Positions 39,982 through 53,573 of a stretch of 64,000 bases of DNA are shown here, piece by piece; position 1 is the first letter of the stretch; every line of letters begins with the position of its first letter. Source of the DNA: Eledone cirrhosa (taxonomy: Eukaryota); the NCBI GenBank assembly GCA_964016885.1, contig OZ024740.1:166842001-166906000 (forward strand), given 5' to 3'. Made by a program: the position numbers and the translations under genes. The notes under the pieces are model-generated. The model worked only from the letters and a program-made list of their open reading frames with translations, had not been told where the DNA came from and ran no database searches.

Positions 39982-40399
39982 TATACACTTTAGAAATTAA
40001 TTTATAATTTATTTTGAATTTAGTTAACCTATAATTAATATTCTACTACTGATGAACTACATAATTCTGCTTTAAAAATTATTAACCTAATTAATATACA
40101 CTTTAGAAATTAATATAATACTGTTTTTAATTTAGTTAACCTATAATTAATATTCTACTACTGATGAACTACATAATTTTGCTTTCTTTCTTACAAATAT
40201 CATTTCCTAAAACTGATACCATTAAGTAAACATATATAATGCTTTAACTTCAGGTTATGACTCTATGTACCTTGAAAACTATATATATTTACTATTTCTC
40301 ACTAATAAATTTAATCCCCCCCCAATAAGTATATGTATATATAAGTGTATATGTGTGTCTATATATTTGCGTATGTATGTATGTATGCATGTATATATC

Positions 40400-40466
<67 letters not shown>

Positions 40467-40471
40467 ATACG

Positions 40472-40512
<41 letters not shown>

Positions 40513-40531
40513 ATGTGTGTGTGCGTATCTG

Positions 40532-40573
<42 letters not shown>

Positions 40574-41304
40574 TGTATATATATGTATATATATATATAT
40601 ATGTGTGTGTGTGTATGTGTATGTATATGTATATATATATATATGTATAAGTATATATATATATATTATTTTTATATTCTTTTAATTTCCCCTCATCCTT
40701 AACAGCACTTTTCAACTGCATCTAACTCTTAATTATCATATCTATATGTATTAGTATAATGTTATCAATATAAATATACCCATCAATTAAATTAATTTAT
40801 ATTCTTTTCATAGATGTATTTTTTTCACTAACATTATTATCTTAAAACTTTAGTCACCTTAGATATTTGTACTGGCATTACTATTTCATAACAGCAACTG
40901 CTTGTATACCTTTTATTGACCACCTGACCTATTTTCACCCCTAAAATAAGCTTCAATTACTACTATTTTACCATTTGGCCAATTATTAACTTTCTATTGG
41001 TTAATTCTAAACCTCTTACCAAACAGACAGAATATATTAGATCTTTGTTGGTTTTATTCAATGAACAAATAAAATTATTTCTGAGGTCAGCATAAGACCT
41101 ATTTCTTCCCTAAAATAATCCTTCATTCATAATATTCTTTTCCATCCAAAACTGAAATCTACCTTCCTCTACCCATAATTTAAGTTTCTTCTACTACTAT
41201 ATTACTATCCTGACCCTCACTATCTCTCTATTGGTCAATTCAAAATCTGTTCCCAAACAGACCTATTGTATTGAATCTTTGTTTTTTTCAATAAACAAAT
41301 ATCA

Positions 41305-41440
41305 TTATTTCTGAAGACAGCATATATATGTGTAGGTATGTATATTCCCTCTGATAGTTTGTATAAATATTGTACATAGATCTATAGGATATGCATACCA
41401 ACTCTAACACATATATATCCTACAAACGATCGTAAAATGA
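41305..41440 (+). ncRNA. Hammerhead with a stem II insert of about 105 nt and GAAA changed to CAAA; mirrored at 37613-37748 (-)
   Basis: UUAUUU-CUGAAGA-..AUAUAUAUGUGU...ACACAUAUAUAU..-CAAA-CGAUCG-UA-AAAUGA. Confidence 0.72.
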
Positions 41441-41513
41441 TGAATTTTTTTAATATCAGGAACTGTTTCTTTGTTTATTCATTATTTTACTAATATATAT
41501 ATAAACATATATT

Positions 41514-41545
<32 letters not shown>

Positions 41546-41547
41546 TT

Positions 41548-41579
<32 letters not shown>

Positions 41580-41605
41580 TTTATATATATATATATATAT
41601 ACATA

Positions 41606-41643
<38 letters not shown>

Positions 41644-41675
41644 TTTATATATATATATATATATATACATATATT

Positions 41676-41724
<49 letters not shown>

Positions 41725-41768
41725 TAAGAGAGTAAAACAAAGAAGCCTTCAATACATCAAAAGTCTTT

Positions 41769-41813
41769 ATTAGCCGACAATGTTTCGTCCTATTAAGGAC
41801 TCATCAGGGCAAT
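41769..41813 (-). ncRNA. Type I hammerhead in the inverted pLTR of PLE D
   Basis: Reverse complement reads GCC-CUGAUGA-GUCCUUAAUAGGAC-GAAA-CAUUG-UC-GGC. Confidence 0.88.
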
Positions 41814-42166
41814 TCAAACAACAAGAAGTAATAACGGCAGATACAAGCCAGAAGCTCCGAAGAATATGGAGTGTACATATACTAAATTATTGCAAAAATA
41901 TATAATTAAAATAATAAAAATATATAAGGAAAATTACTAAGGATGTATGTGACATTAAGAACCATATTACAAATATAGTCCAAAGCAAAAAAAAACCTAG
42001 AGCTAGGCAAAGGTGGTTATATAGATCAGGAATCATATATTATATAATGTAATATAATATAATTATACCTTTACCAACATATTTTAACCTTTGTCACTGC
42101 TCCCGATCGGTTGAGCTTCCTCATATATACTGGTATTTTGGCCTTTATATATATATATCTGACAGT

Positions 42167-44887
42167 ATGCTAACAAAGAGTTACCTGCCTTTATCTCTGA
42201 AGAATATTCCCACCCCCTCTAAGAATACGTACGAAAAACAATTGATAGCTAGTGTTAACTCCTTTGTAAAAAGGATTAGATGGCGTGCTTTCCACTATGA
42301 TTAGTTCTATTCCTGGGGTCCTTCCTATCCCTATTATTATAAGGATAGGAAGGACCCCAGGAATAGAACTAATTTTAATAACTACGGCTTCAAAACTTAT
42401 AAGAGCCCACCACACAATATTCTGTTAGACAGTTTCGAAAGTGACTTACTCTCTCTTGTCAAAAATATTAGGTATAGGCCAGGTAATAGACATAGAAATT
42501 ATAATAATTTTGACAAGTTCCAGTCTAGACTTAAAAATATTGTTAAGGGTTTCGGTAAGAATAAGTCCATTCTTGTCCCGGCTGATAAAACTAAGAAACT
42601 ATACTCCATGGATTATAGTGCTTACCGCGACTTTATTTATAAGGAGCTGCATAGAAACTATAAAAAACTACGCTTGAGAATCTGAACCACATCAATAGTG
42701 AGGGCCTTAGAATTGTCTCAGACCTCGGCCTCGAAAAGTATACCCAGCCATATTACCCTCGAGAACCGAGATTCACTCTTAAGAATCATAAGGTTGATTT
42801 TATTAGTAACCCCTCTGTTAGACTCATCTGTCCTTCTAAGTCTGATATAGCCATTATCAGCAAGAAAATCCATGACCTTATTATACCTGATGTTAGGGAT
42901 AAGGTTAATTTTAACCTATGGGGGAACACTAAGGAAGTTATAGATTGGTTCTCCGGGATTAATAGAATTGAATCTAATAAGTTTATCCAATTTGATATTG
43001 ATGCCTACTACACATCAATTTCACCCATCCTCCTTAATAAAGCTCTAATGTTGGCCATGAGAGTGTCCAGCCTTACACGATCGCAGGTAGATATTATACT
43101 AGCAGCTCGTAAAACTATTATTAAATTTGAGGACACATTTTGGACCCGTAAAAACACGCCCAATAATTTCGACGTTACAATGGGTTCGAGTGATTCGGCC
43201 CAGGTTACAGATCTTGTTGGGTTGTTCCTCCTTAATGAACTATATGCTACCTTCCCGCACCTTATAGGTGGACTGTATCGTGATGATGCATTGTTTGTAA
43301 TTAACTCTAGCACCAACAATGTAGAACATAATAAGAAGAAGCTTTATAAGTTTTTTAAAAGCTATAACCTTTCGATCACGATAGATAGAAATGATAGAGC
43401 GGTTAACTTTTTAGATGTGACTTTGGACTTGGTCACTAATAGTTTTAAACCCTTCCATAAGCCTAATGAAATACTTTCTTATGTTAGTCCCAATTCTAAC
43501 CACCCCAAGTCTATGATAAGCTCTATAATTAAGGGTGTATCTAATAGGATTTCCACACTTTCTAAGGACGTAGGAACTTTTAATGAACATGCGGAGTACT
43601 ATAATAAGGCCCTAGCAAATTCAGGTTACTCTAGTAAAATACACTATAATAATAGTAACCTTAGAAAATCTCCGCCTACTTTTTAATAATAATAACATAA
43701 TATCACATAACATGGCCATGAATGGGAGTAGCAGACATAGTAACCGTAAAAAGTATATGGGTGTATCTGAACCCATCCATAAGTTAAACCACCGGACTCG
43801 TAATAGTGAATATAATACCTCTAGGAAACAAGTAGAACCCCCTGAGCGCTCACACATTGGTGATAATTTTTCTGGATCTTATTCTGATAATGTTGCTCCT
43901 ACTGATCCTATCATTGGCCCCAATCCGTTTGATGGGATTCCGGGCAGCAGAAGATCTACTGGAGGTAGAAACTGTAATAGACTTAATGAAATTTTGGCTG
44001 ATTCTACGAATGCGGCTTTAACCAATCCTTGTAGTAACCCTAGTCTCGATGGCGGGATATTTGATAATGGTAGAGTCCGTAAGAATAAAAATAGAAGGCG
44101 ATTAAATACTTATTTTAACCCGCCATATAATCAGGAAGTATCAACTAATATCCCTAGGTCTTTCTTCTCCATCTTAGAGAAAAATTTCCCCCCTTCTCAT
44201 AAATACCATAGTATTTTTAATAAAAATGTTATTAAACTTTCATTCTCTACCACCCCTAATATTAGTTCTCATTTAGCTAGCACTAATAATAGGAAAATTA
44301 GGGATGGATTCTCCTCTCTACATACTACTAGTCTGAACAGATCTGGCAATGCATTACCACCGGAACAGTCCTTATCTAATAGCAATCCTACGTGTAGTGC
44401 ATCACCACTTGAGCCAACCAATAACACCCGGAAGTGCAATTGTAGAGTGAGTGCTAACTGCCCTTTAAACGGTAACTGCCTTTCTAAGAACATTGTCTAT
44501 GCTTGCGAAGTTTCAACTAATTCCTCTAATAGAACTTATATAGGCTCCACATCTAACTCTTTTAAAACTAGATTTAACTCCTATATCTCCAATTTCAAAC
44601 ATGTTAGGTTTAAGAATTCCACTTCTTTAGCACATTATATCTGGGATCTTAAGGGAGCTAATATACCATATAGCCTTAACTGGCGTTTAGTAGCACGCTC
44701 TAACCACCTTTCTACACATACTAAGTTTTGTAATCTCTGCATCCTTGAGACACACTATATAATTTTCTCTAGCGTACCCTTACTTAATAGAAAGTCTGAG
44801 ATATTCTCTTCTTGCCCCCACGCTATTTCTAATTCATACTTTTATTATAAACCTAAACGTTCTAGTAGTACAAATTGTACCCATTAG
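42167..44887 (+). pseudogene. PLE RT plus GIY-YIG pseudogene (hairpin insertion at 42301, frameshifts near 42665 and 43685)
   Basis: MLTKSYLPLSLKNIPTP..RIRWRAFHY, ADKTKKLY, QFDIDAYYTSI, FDVTMGSSDSAQ, GGLYRDD, CNCRVSANCPLNGNCL, YIGST, CNLC. Confidence 0.9.
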
Positions 44888-46661
44888 CTGATATATTCCA
44901 TTATTTATTTTTAGTTTAGGTTCCTTTGTTTGCCAACGTCATTATTATTATCATCATTATTACCATTGGTTTTTGATTACTCTTTATTTTAGCTCTCATA
45001 ATCTTTTGGCTACTGTACCATATCTGTCTTCTAACGCATTAGATTTTCACTATTACACTTTTGAATTATATAAGATTATATATTTTACGCTATTTATTTT
45101 ATTTTTATTTTTATTTTTATTCGGATTCTTCTTTGGATAACCCCCCCCCCCCATGCGCACATAAACTTATTGTCATCCCCTCCAAATAGACTATGATTAT
45201 ATTTAACACCCCCCCCCTCTTTTACGCTCCTTTCTATTAAGTAATATAGTATATCGACTATATGTTATGCCCCTTTGCATCCTCCATATATTTCTTCATT
45301 TCTGTCCCTATTGGCCTACCTTAATTCTGCTTAAGTCATTTTTTAGGTATCGTTATGTATATGATAGGAACAAATTTTCATTCCTTATTGTAAACATTTG
45401 TAACGAAATATTAATGTTTATAAACTTTAATTACTTAAACTATAGCTAATATTATACTGCCTCATTGGATAGTTTAAATATTTTTAATATTAATTTATCA
45501 AATAGGGTTTTCGAGTCATTTTCACGGGTTATTTCCTTAGGTTTTACTTAAATACTTAAATACTTAACTGCATGTGAGACCTAAATGCATACGTTTGTTT
45601 TTGTTTTTTAATCTCCGGGTGATTCTATTTATTTATTTATTTATTTTATTCTATATTTTATACTGTATATTTTATTAATATTGTGCATTGCATTTACTGT
45701 CTGGCATTTACTCACTCATCCATATATATGTCTACCAACCTTGTAATTATAAGTAATTATATATTATATTATGTTAACTTATTTTATATAATATATTATA
45801 TTATATTGTATTTTTTATTGTAATATTGATCCTTATCACTTACCGTTAATTATATGTAACATTATGATATGTTAAACTTTATATATCATGTAGGATCTTT
45901 GTATTTTTGTACCAACAAAATTCCTTTGGGGATATTGTACAATTTATTTATTTTTCCTCGCCTACTCTGTAACCCAATATGAATTGATTTGTTAACTTGA
46001 GTACCCTTATATATTGTTGATTATAAGTGTTAATATATTGTATATTATAGATCTTGGTATGTTATATTATATTATAATTATATTATTATTGTGACATCTA
46101 TATTGTTTGTGTAAATTAACCGGAGATTATCCATTCTATTATATTGTATTACATAGTATATAATTGTATTGTTTATTATTGATTATATATGCTACTTATA
46201 ATTATATCATATTATTACCCCATGTATATTGGGTAGATGTATTAGTATTATCATTATTATTATTCTCATTCCTATCATGCTCATTTTCATATTCAAACTC
46301 TTGATAAGGTTAAATTTGTGCAGTTGAAGATAGATGTGTGTATTGTTGTAGGTGTATGTGTGTGTGTGTGCACACATATATACATATGCATAATGTACCT
46401 TTTGATTTTCCATTGTAACTTTAATGTTGGTAAAGGTATAATTATATTATATTACATTATATTATATATGATTCCTGATCTATATAACCACCTTTGTCTA
46501 GCTCTAGGTTTTTTTTTGCTTTGGACTATATTTGTAATATGGTTCTTAATGTCACATACATCCTTAGTAATTTTCATTTTTGCAATACTTTAGTATATGT
46601 ACACTCCATATTCTTCGGAGCTTCTGGCTTGTGTCTGCCGTTATTAATTCTTGTTGTTTGA

Positions 46662-46706
46662 ATTGCCCTGATGAGTCCTTAATCGGACGAAACATTGTCG
46701 GCTAAT
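46662..46706 (+). ncRNA. Canonical-core type I hammerhead (GUC triplet) in the 3' pLTR of PLE D
   Basis: GCC-CUGAUGA-GUCC-UUAAUC-GGAC-GAAA-CAUUG-UC-GGC. Confidence 0.9.
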
Positions 46707-46849
46707 AAAGACTTTTGATGTATTGAAGGCTTCTTTGTTTTACTCTCTTAATTTTTCGGCTCTGTTTAACTACATTGAGCTATACCTTTTACTGTCATTT
46801 CTATAATACGAAGAGGGTGTTTAACTCCAACACGCTCCAGTATTTTAAC

Positions 46850-46941
<92 letters not shown>

Positions 46942-46962
46942 TTATATATATATATATATACA

Positions 46963-47052
<90 letters not shown>

Positions 47053-47309
47053 GATAGGTAAATATACACGGGTGTGTATGATTGTGTATAGAAGATTATA
47101 TTAATAAGAGGAATTCCAACTTTGTCTGATTTATTGATTTACTGAAAGACTCTGGAACCCTGAGAAAAAGCATTAAAAGTGGACAATCTCATCAACACAA
47201 CATACGCCAGAACACGTGCCAACACAAACACTCACCTTACCTTGAATCAAAGAAGAACTACGGTAATAACTCTTCGCTTTTTCTACAAAAACACCCTATC
47301 GCACACAAC

Positions 47310-47754
47310 ATGAACAAAAAGCACAAACACGATAGGTATTCCTTTGACCAGACCATGAGAAGTAGTAAAACCAGGAGATCATTCTCAAGATCTCAACAGA
47401 GACTACCAACAAGGAATGTGGAAACAAAACGTAGAATAACCAGATCACTCTCAAGATCTCAACAGAGATTGCCTACAAGAAACTGGACGAAAAAACGATC
47501 TAAACCTGAAAGCGAACCTAGGTCATTTTCCCAGATTGTTAAAAATAATGCTAACAGGAAGAAAAATATATATACAGAATACCAAAAATAGGACAAAATA
47601 CATAACGAAACCAAATATAATATCACGACCAAAAGTTCATCAAGCGAACACCAACAGGAATATAAATCCTGAACAGAGAAAAATTCATTTTTTAACGTCA
47701 GGACAACAAAAACCGGAAAAAGAAAAACTCCAGGAGGAAACATACCCAAAATAG
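47310..47754 (+). pseudogene. 3' part of a basic, RS-rich ORF1 of PLE E (probable indel near 47570), ending ...KIHFLTSG...YPK*
   Basis: Overlapping ORFs 47310-47591 and 47536-47754; duplicated RSxSRSQQRLPTRN. Confidence 0.55.
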
Positions 47755-47813
47755 CTGTACACGTAGATCCTAAAATAATTAATTTATCTAAAAGAGATCT
47801 TGACAATGATGAA

Positions 47814-50000
47814 ATGCAAATTCTGTCAAAAGGACTGAAATTCACACCGACTCCAACAGTCAACCACCAAGAACTGAAGGAGGATACCCAAGAATTCTGT
47901 CGAAAATTACGTCTTGTAGAATTCTTCGCTGATAAAAATAATGAGAGTGATGAATCACTAGTAAAGAATAAATCAAATTTCACTCCGCCAAAAGGAAGAA
48001 ATATCTATCTCGACCAATACATTGACATCCTGTCTAAATTTCCTCTTAGACATAATACTAATGTTAGGCCAAACATTAACAAATCAGAAATGTCTGCACT
48101 TAAACGTATACAAAATGATAAAACAATAATAATTAAACAAGCAGATAAATGGGGTGCAGTTGTTATAATGGATACTGAATACTACAAGGATTTGGTTGAG
48201 GAACAACTGAAAGACACAACATTCTATCATGAAATACCGTCAAATATAGACCACAACATCATGAAGAAGATCAACACCCTGGCTTCAAAATACCACAACT
48301 CATTTACTGATAAGGAAAGAGACTACATCACCAATTTTGAGCCGAAACCCAGCAACCTGTATCGCCTACCGAAAGTTCACAGGTCAAAAGAAATACAACT
48401 GGCAGTAAGAGAACAAAACAGTGAGTACATTAAATTATTACGCCCAAAAGACTTAAAACTTAGACCTATTATAGCTGGTCCAACATGCCCCACTCACCGT
48501 CTAAGCAATTTTGTTGACATTATTTTGAAACCACTATGTATTCACATACCCAGTTTCATCCGGGATGATATCGACTTCCTGTCCCATCTTCCCAAAACCA
48601 CGGAAAAGAATTCACTTCTACTTAGTTTTGATGTGGTAAGCCTTTACACCAACATTACACATGATTTAGGAATAAAGGCGGTTAAATACTGGGTGGAAAA
48701 ACATAGAGAAGTGATTCCCATTAGATTCACAGCGCCATTTATATTAGACGCAGTTAAACTTATTTTAGAAAACAACACTTTCTTCTTCAATGGAAAGAAT
48801 TACATCCAAATTAGAGGCACAGCGATGGGAACGAAGTTTGCTCCCGTTTACGCGAACTCTGTAATGGGATACTTAGAACAACAACTCTACCAAGAAATAG
48901 AGGAAAAATATAGTACTGACTTTAGAAAGTACATTGAAAAATCTTGGAAGAGATACCTTGACGACTGTTTCATCATCTGGACAGAATCTCTAGATACTCT
49001 GGATGAGTTCAATATCCTCATGAATAACCTACACCCATCTCTCCAATTCACAAAAGAGATGAGTAGGACCAAATTACTATTCCTAGATATAATGATAATC
49101 AAAAACGACACCACCATTACCACGGATATATATTATAAACACACAGACACCCATCAATATCTGAATTTTAAGTCGTGCCATCCACCTCATACAAAACGCA
49201 ACATCCCATACTGCCTAGCCAGAAGAATCTGTACCATTGTAGAAGATACGAATACCAGGTACAAACGCCTAACAGAACTAAGAGAATGTTTGCTCAAACA
49301 AAAATACCCATCTCTACTTATAGAAAATGGCATACAGCGGGCTATAAAAATACCTATACAACAACTTAGAACAACCAAAGGAAGAAGAAACCAAGAACTG
49401 GTCATACCATTTATAATGACACACAACCCATGTCACCAGAATATCTTCAACACTGCCAAAGCAAACCTACCGATCATTGCTCAAAGTAATGAATTAAAAG
49501 GCTTAATCACAGATCGATATTTGACTCTTAGTAAAAGACAGCCAAAAAATTTGAAGCAATTGCTAACAAAAGCAAAGTTTGACCTTAACAACAAAGACCA
49601 ATCATTCACTGTATCTAAATGCAATGATAATCGATGCGGCACATGTCAATCCATACACGCCGGTCAATATATGAAAACAAAAACTGGAAAAATATTCCCA
49701 AATGCAAATATGAACTGCAAAAGCAGAAATCTAATTTACTGCATTAAATGCCCGAATTGTGAAGAACTATATGTCGGTCAAACTGGAAATGCACTATCGG
49801 AACGTGCACGGGTACAACGTCAACAAATCAGAGACCCAAATGTCCGTCAGATACCCCTAAGCGGCCACCTGGCAACATGTGGTCAGGGAATATTTATAAT
49901 ATTCCCATTCTACAAATTACACAGCCCAAGTGAAATCAAGAGAAAAATCAAAGAAAAGAATTTTATTGATAAATTCAAACCCAAGCTAAATGAACAATAA
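47814..50000 (+). CDS. Neptune-like PLE RT plus GIY-YIG endonuclease, 728 aa; frame open from about 47673
   Basis: LSKGLKFTPTP, QADKWG, LPKVH, LRPIIAG, SFDVVSLYTNI, GTAMGT, RYLDD, FLD, SCHP, KCNDNRCGTC, NLIYCIKCPNCEELYVGQT, HLATC, PKLN. Confidence 0.93.
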   Translation: MQILSKGLKFTPTPTVNHQELKEDTQEFCRKLRLVEFFADKNNESDESLVKNKSNFTPPKGRNIYLDQYIDILSKFPLRHNTNVRPNINKSEMSALKRIQNDKTIIIKQADKWGAVVIMDTEYYKDLVEEQLKDTTFYHEIPSNIDHNIMKKINTLASKYHNSFTDKERDYITNFEPKPSNLYRLPKVHRSKEIQLAVREQNSEYIKLLRPKDLKLRPIIAGPTCPTHRLSNFVDIILKPLCIHIPSFIRDDIDFLSHLPKTTEKNSLLLSFDVVSLYTNITHDLGIKAVKYWVEKHREVIPIRFTAPFILDAVKLILENNTFFFNGKNYIQIRGTAMGTKFAPVYANSVMGYLEQQLYQEIEEKYSTDFRKYIEKSWKRYLDDCFIIWTESLDTLDEFNILMNNLHPSLQFTKEMSRTKLLFLDIMIIKNDTTITTDIYYKHTDTHQYLNFKSCHPPHTKRNIPYCLARRICTIVEDTNTRYKRLTELRECLLKQKYPSLLIENGIQRAIKIPIQQLRTTKGRRNQELVIPFIMTHNPCHQNIFNTAKANLPIIAQSNELKGLITDRYLTLSKRQPKNLKQLLTKAKFDLNNKDQSFTVSKCNDNRCGTCQSIHAGQYMKTKTGKIFPNANMNCKSRNLIYCIKCPNCEELYVGQTGNALSERARVQRQQIRDPNVRQIPLSGHLATCGQGIFIIFPFYKLHSPSEIKRKIKEKNFIDKFKPKLNEQ

Positions 50001-50374
50001 TAACGCCTAGGGGTATTACTTCTACTACCACTATGACCACGACCACTAACAACAACAACAACAACAATAATAATAATAATAAAAGTGATGTTGATGGTGA
50101 TGATTAATAGAAAATGCTATTTTCATCATTTCAAAAAGCAAAACAATTGATACGTTGGATATGACTATTGGTCGTTAGCATGCTCAACCAGCCGTGACGC
50201 TTAAACCAATCAGCTGTAGTAATTCAGTGAAACTACACACTGATTGGTCGAAATACAGTTTACAGGGCTTTGCATTCTGGAGCCACTTTTCTCTGTATAA
50301 AATGTATAAAAGGTAGGAAATTTACCCATCTCATTACAGTTGAAAATTGCAAACTCGACTGTCACCACATATCA

Positions 50375-50413
50375 TGAACGTGAAGATTGCGAAAGCATGA
50401 AAGTACTTGTTCA
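50375..50413 (+). ncRNA. Minimal hammerhead (GUGAAGA core variant, GNRA stem II, palindromic AGUACU)
   Basis: UGAAC-GUGAAGA-UUGC-GAAA-GCAU-GAAA-GUAC-UU-GUUCA. Confidence 0.7.
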
Positions 50414-50534
50414 ATTAACACTGAGAATTTAATATTCTATCATACTATTTCATTATAATACCATTATATATATTTTAAAAGGATTGTAAATAAAACGAGT
50501 AAATCAGACAAAGTTGGAATTCCTCTTATTAATA

Positions 50535-50642
<108 letters not shown>

Positions 50643-51341
50643 TATATACATTTATTTATATATATATACATATATTTATATATATATATACATATATTTA
50701 TATATATATACATATATTTATATATATATACATATATTTATATATATATATACATATATTTATATATATATATATACATATATTTATATATACATATATT
50801 TATATATATATATACATATATTTATATATATACAAATATTTATATTTATACAAATATTTATATTTATATATACTTATATTTATATAAATATACCTATATT
50901 TATATATATATATACATATATTTATATATATATACATATATATATATAAATGTATGTATATATATATATATAATATATGTATATGTATATAAATATATGT
51001 ACGGCAACAGTCATCTTTTTCCATTTCTCCGAGGGTTATAATACCACTATCAGGCTAGAAATGTCTTTAGTCTAAAATACGGTGAGAGCTTATCATTTCT
51101 AATTTCAAACTCGCACATATATATACATGTATGTATGTATATATGTATGCATATATATATATGTATGTATATATGTATGCACATATATATGTATGTATAT
51201 ATGTATGCATATATATATGTATATATATATGTAAGCATATATATATATATATGTATATATGTATGCACATATATATGTATGTATATATGTATGCATATAT
51301 ATATGTATATATATATATGTAAGCATATATATATATATGTA

Positions 51342-51377
<36 letters not shown>

Positions 51378-51397
51378 TATGTATATTTATATGTATG

Positions 51398-51439
<42 letters not shown>

Positions 51440-51532
51440 TATATATATATATATATATAAATATATGTATATATATATATAAATATATGTATCTTATATA
51501 TAAATATATGTATCTATATATATAAATATATG

Positions 51533-51572
<40 letters not shown>

Positions 51573-51581
51573 TAAATATAC

Positions 51582-51624
<43 letters not shown>

Positions 51625-51631
51625 AATATAC

Positions 51632-51699
<68 letters not shown>

Positions 51700-51730
51700 G
51701 TATATATATATATATATATATATACGTATA

Positions 51731-51911
<181 letters not shown>

Positions 51912-51933
51912 GTATATATATATATATATATAC

Positions 51934-51986
<53 letters not shown>

Positions 51987-52114
51987 GTATCTATATATAT
52001 ATATATAAATATATGTATCTATATATATATATATAAATATATGTATATATATATATATATATAAATATATGTATATATATATTTAAATATATGTATATAT
52101 ATAAAATATTTAAA

Positions 52115-52313
52115 AAATAATGAATAAAATAATGAAACAGTTCCTTATATTAAACAAAAAAGTTCATTATTTAACGATCGTTTCTAGGACATATATGTGT
52201 TAGAATTGGCATGCATATTTAACAGATCTATGTACAAAATTATACAAAATTATACAAACTATCAAATTTAATATACATACCAACACATATATATGCCGTC
52301 TTCAGAAATAAAT
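52115..52313 (-). mobile_element. Solo pLTR of the PLE C family with an intact-core long-stem-II HHR at 52167-52311
   Basis: Reverse complement reads UUAUUU-CUGAAGA-...-GAAA-CGAUCG-UU-AAAUAA. Confidence 0.78.
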
Positions 52314-52363
52314 ATATGTATATATAAATATATGTATATATAAATATTTGTATATATAAATAT

Positions 52364-52416
<53 letters not shown>

Positions 52417-53573
52417 AATATATGTATATGTATATATATATGTATATATATAAATATATATATATATAATTTTAAATATATGTACATATATATAAATATA
52501 TGTATATGTATATTATATATATATATATATTTAAATATATGTACATGTATATATATATGTACAAATATATGTATATATATATAAATATAATGTAGGAGGT
52601 GAGTTTTATTGTAGTACAATAAAGCAATGCAGATATCGGATAAGAAGCACTCTACAGTTTGTAGGACTGGAGTATACATAATATATAAGAACAAAAGATG
52701 GTTAAAAGAGTTCCATGTATTTTATTATGCGCATTTCAAAAACAAATATCATTATGCAATAATATTTGTGTTTTCATCAGATAAAATAGGAAGACATGAT
52801 ATGAAGGTTAAAAAACACTTGTGGATAGTTCAGTTTTAAATCAACATATGAGAAGTAGTTTTAGATTGATGTGTGATATTGGGAAAAATATTTCATTTAG
52901 AGGGGGGGGGTTGGAAAGGATGAAAAAAAGAGGAGGAGATGAGAGTAAAAGGTGGAGAGGGAGGAGTATAATGAGGAAGGATGAGATAGGAGGAGAGATG
53001 GGTGATAGAGAGACAGAGATAGCTTTTATAACTGAGAAAGATATATTGTTTTACATAGAGAGGTTGAAAACCGTTGGAAGATAATGTATGAATTAAAAGA
53101 ATTTGAAAATTAACGAAGAGAAAAATAATGTAAAGTTAAGGTTTGTATATTGAGGGGTTTGATAATATGTGCGAAGAAAAAGAAAATGTTAATATGTATT
53201 GAGAATAATGAGTTAGATGAAAGGGAGAAAACTATAATGAATTTAGGATGAATAATCTAACGTCAAAAAATGTATATGTTTACGAAGGGTTTTTACAAGG
53301 TGATATAGAGTAAGAATGTATTGTATTATGTAATAATTGATTCTATGTTAGGCAAGAGTGAGAAAAGGTACAGATTAGGGGTTAGACATTAGAAGAAGAA
53401 GAGAAGAAAGGGAAGTGATAAATAGGGGCGATGTAGAATGAGTAAACAAGTATTATAGAATGTATAATAATCTTTGAAATAAGGTAGAAAGATGGGCATA
53501 TTTTTAAAAGAAGTGTATATATATATATATGTGCCTTTGAGAAAAAGATTCTAAATTGATAAAGAATTGAATA

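Larger units (their letters stand above)
37560..41494 (+). mobile_element. Penelope-like element C (Naiad-like) with a 5' inverted pLTR
   Basis: 37560-37750 is the reverse complement of 41303-41490; disrupted RT plus GIY-YIG. Confidence 0.9.
41722..46853 (+). mobile_element. Penelope-like element D (Naiad-like) with a 5' inverted pLTR and a long AT-rich 3' UTR
   Basis: 41722-42080 is the reverse complement of 46424-46752; RT plus GIY-YIG. Confidence 0.92.
47058..50533 (+). mobile_element. Penelope-like element E (Neptune-like) with a short 5' inverted tail
   Basis: 47100-47133 is the reverse complement of 50500-50533; ORF1 remnant plus an uninterrupted pol frame. Confidence 0.93.

Noticed and set aside
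39971-40183. CUGAUGA in a tandem duplication of about 114 bp after the PLE C stop
   Set aside because: No GAAA or stem partner; treated as a simple 3' UTR duplication.
47589-47672. Stop-codon readthrough (TAG then TGA in the pol frame; TAA then TGA at 27197-27205)
   Set aside because: Two different stops would each need readthrough. An indel plus a -1 slippery site explains both elements more simply.
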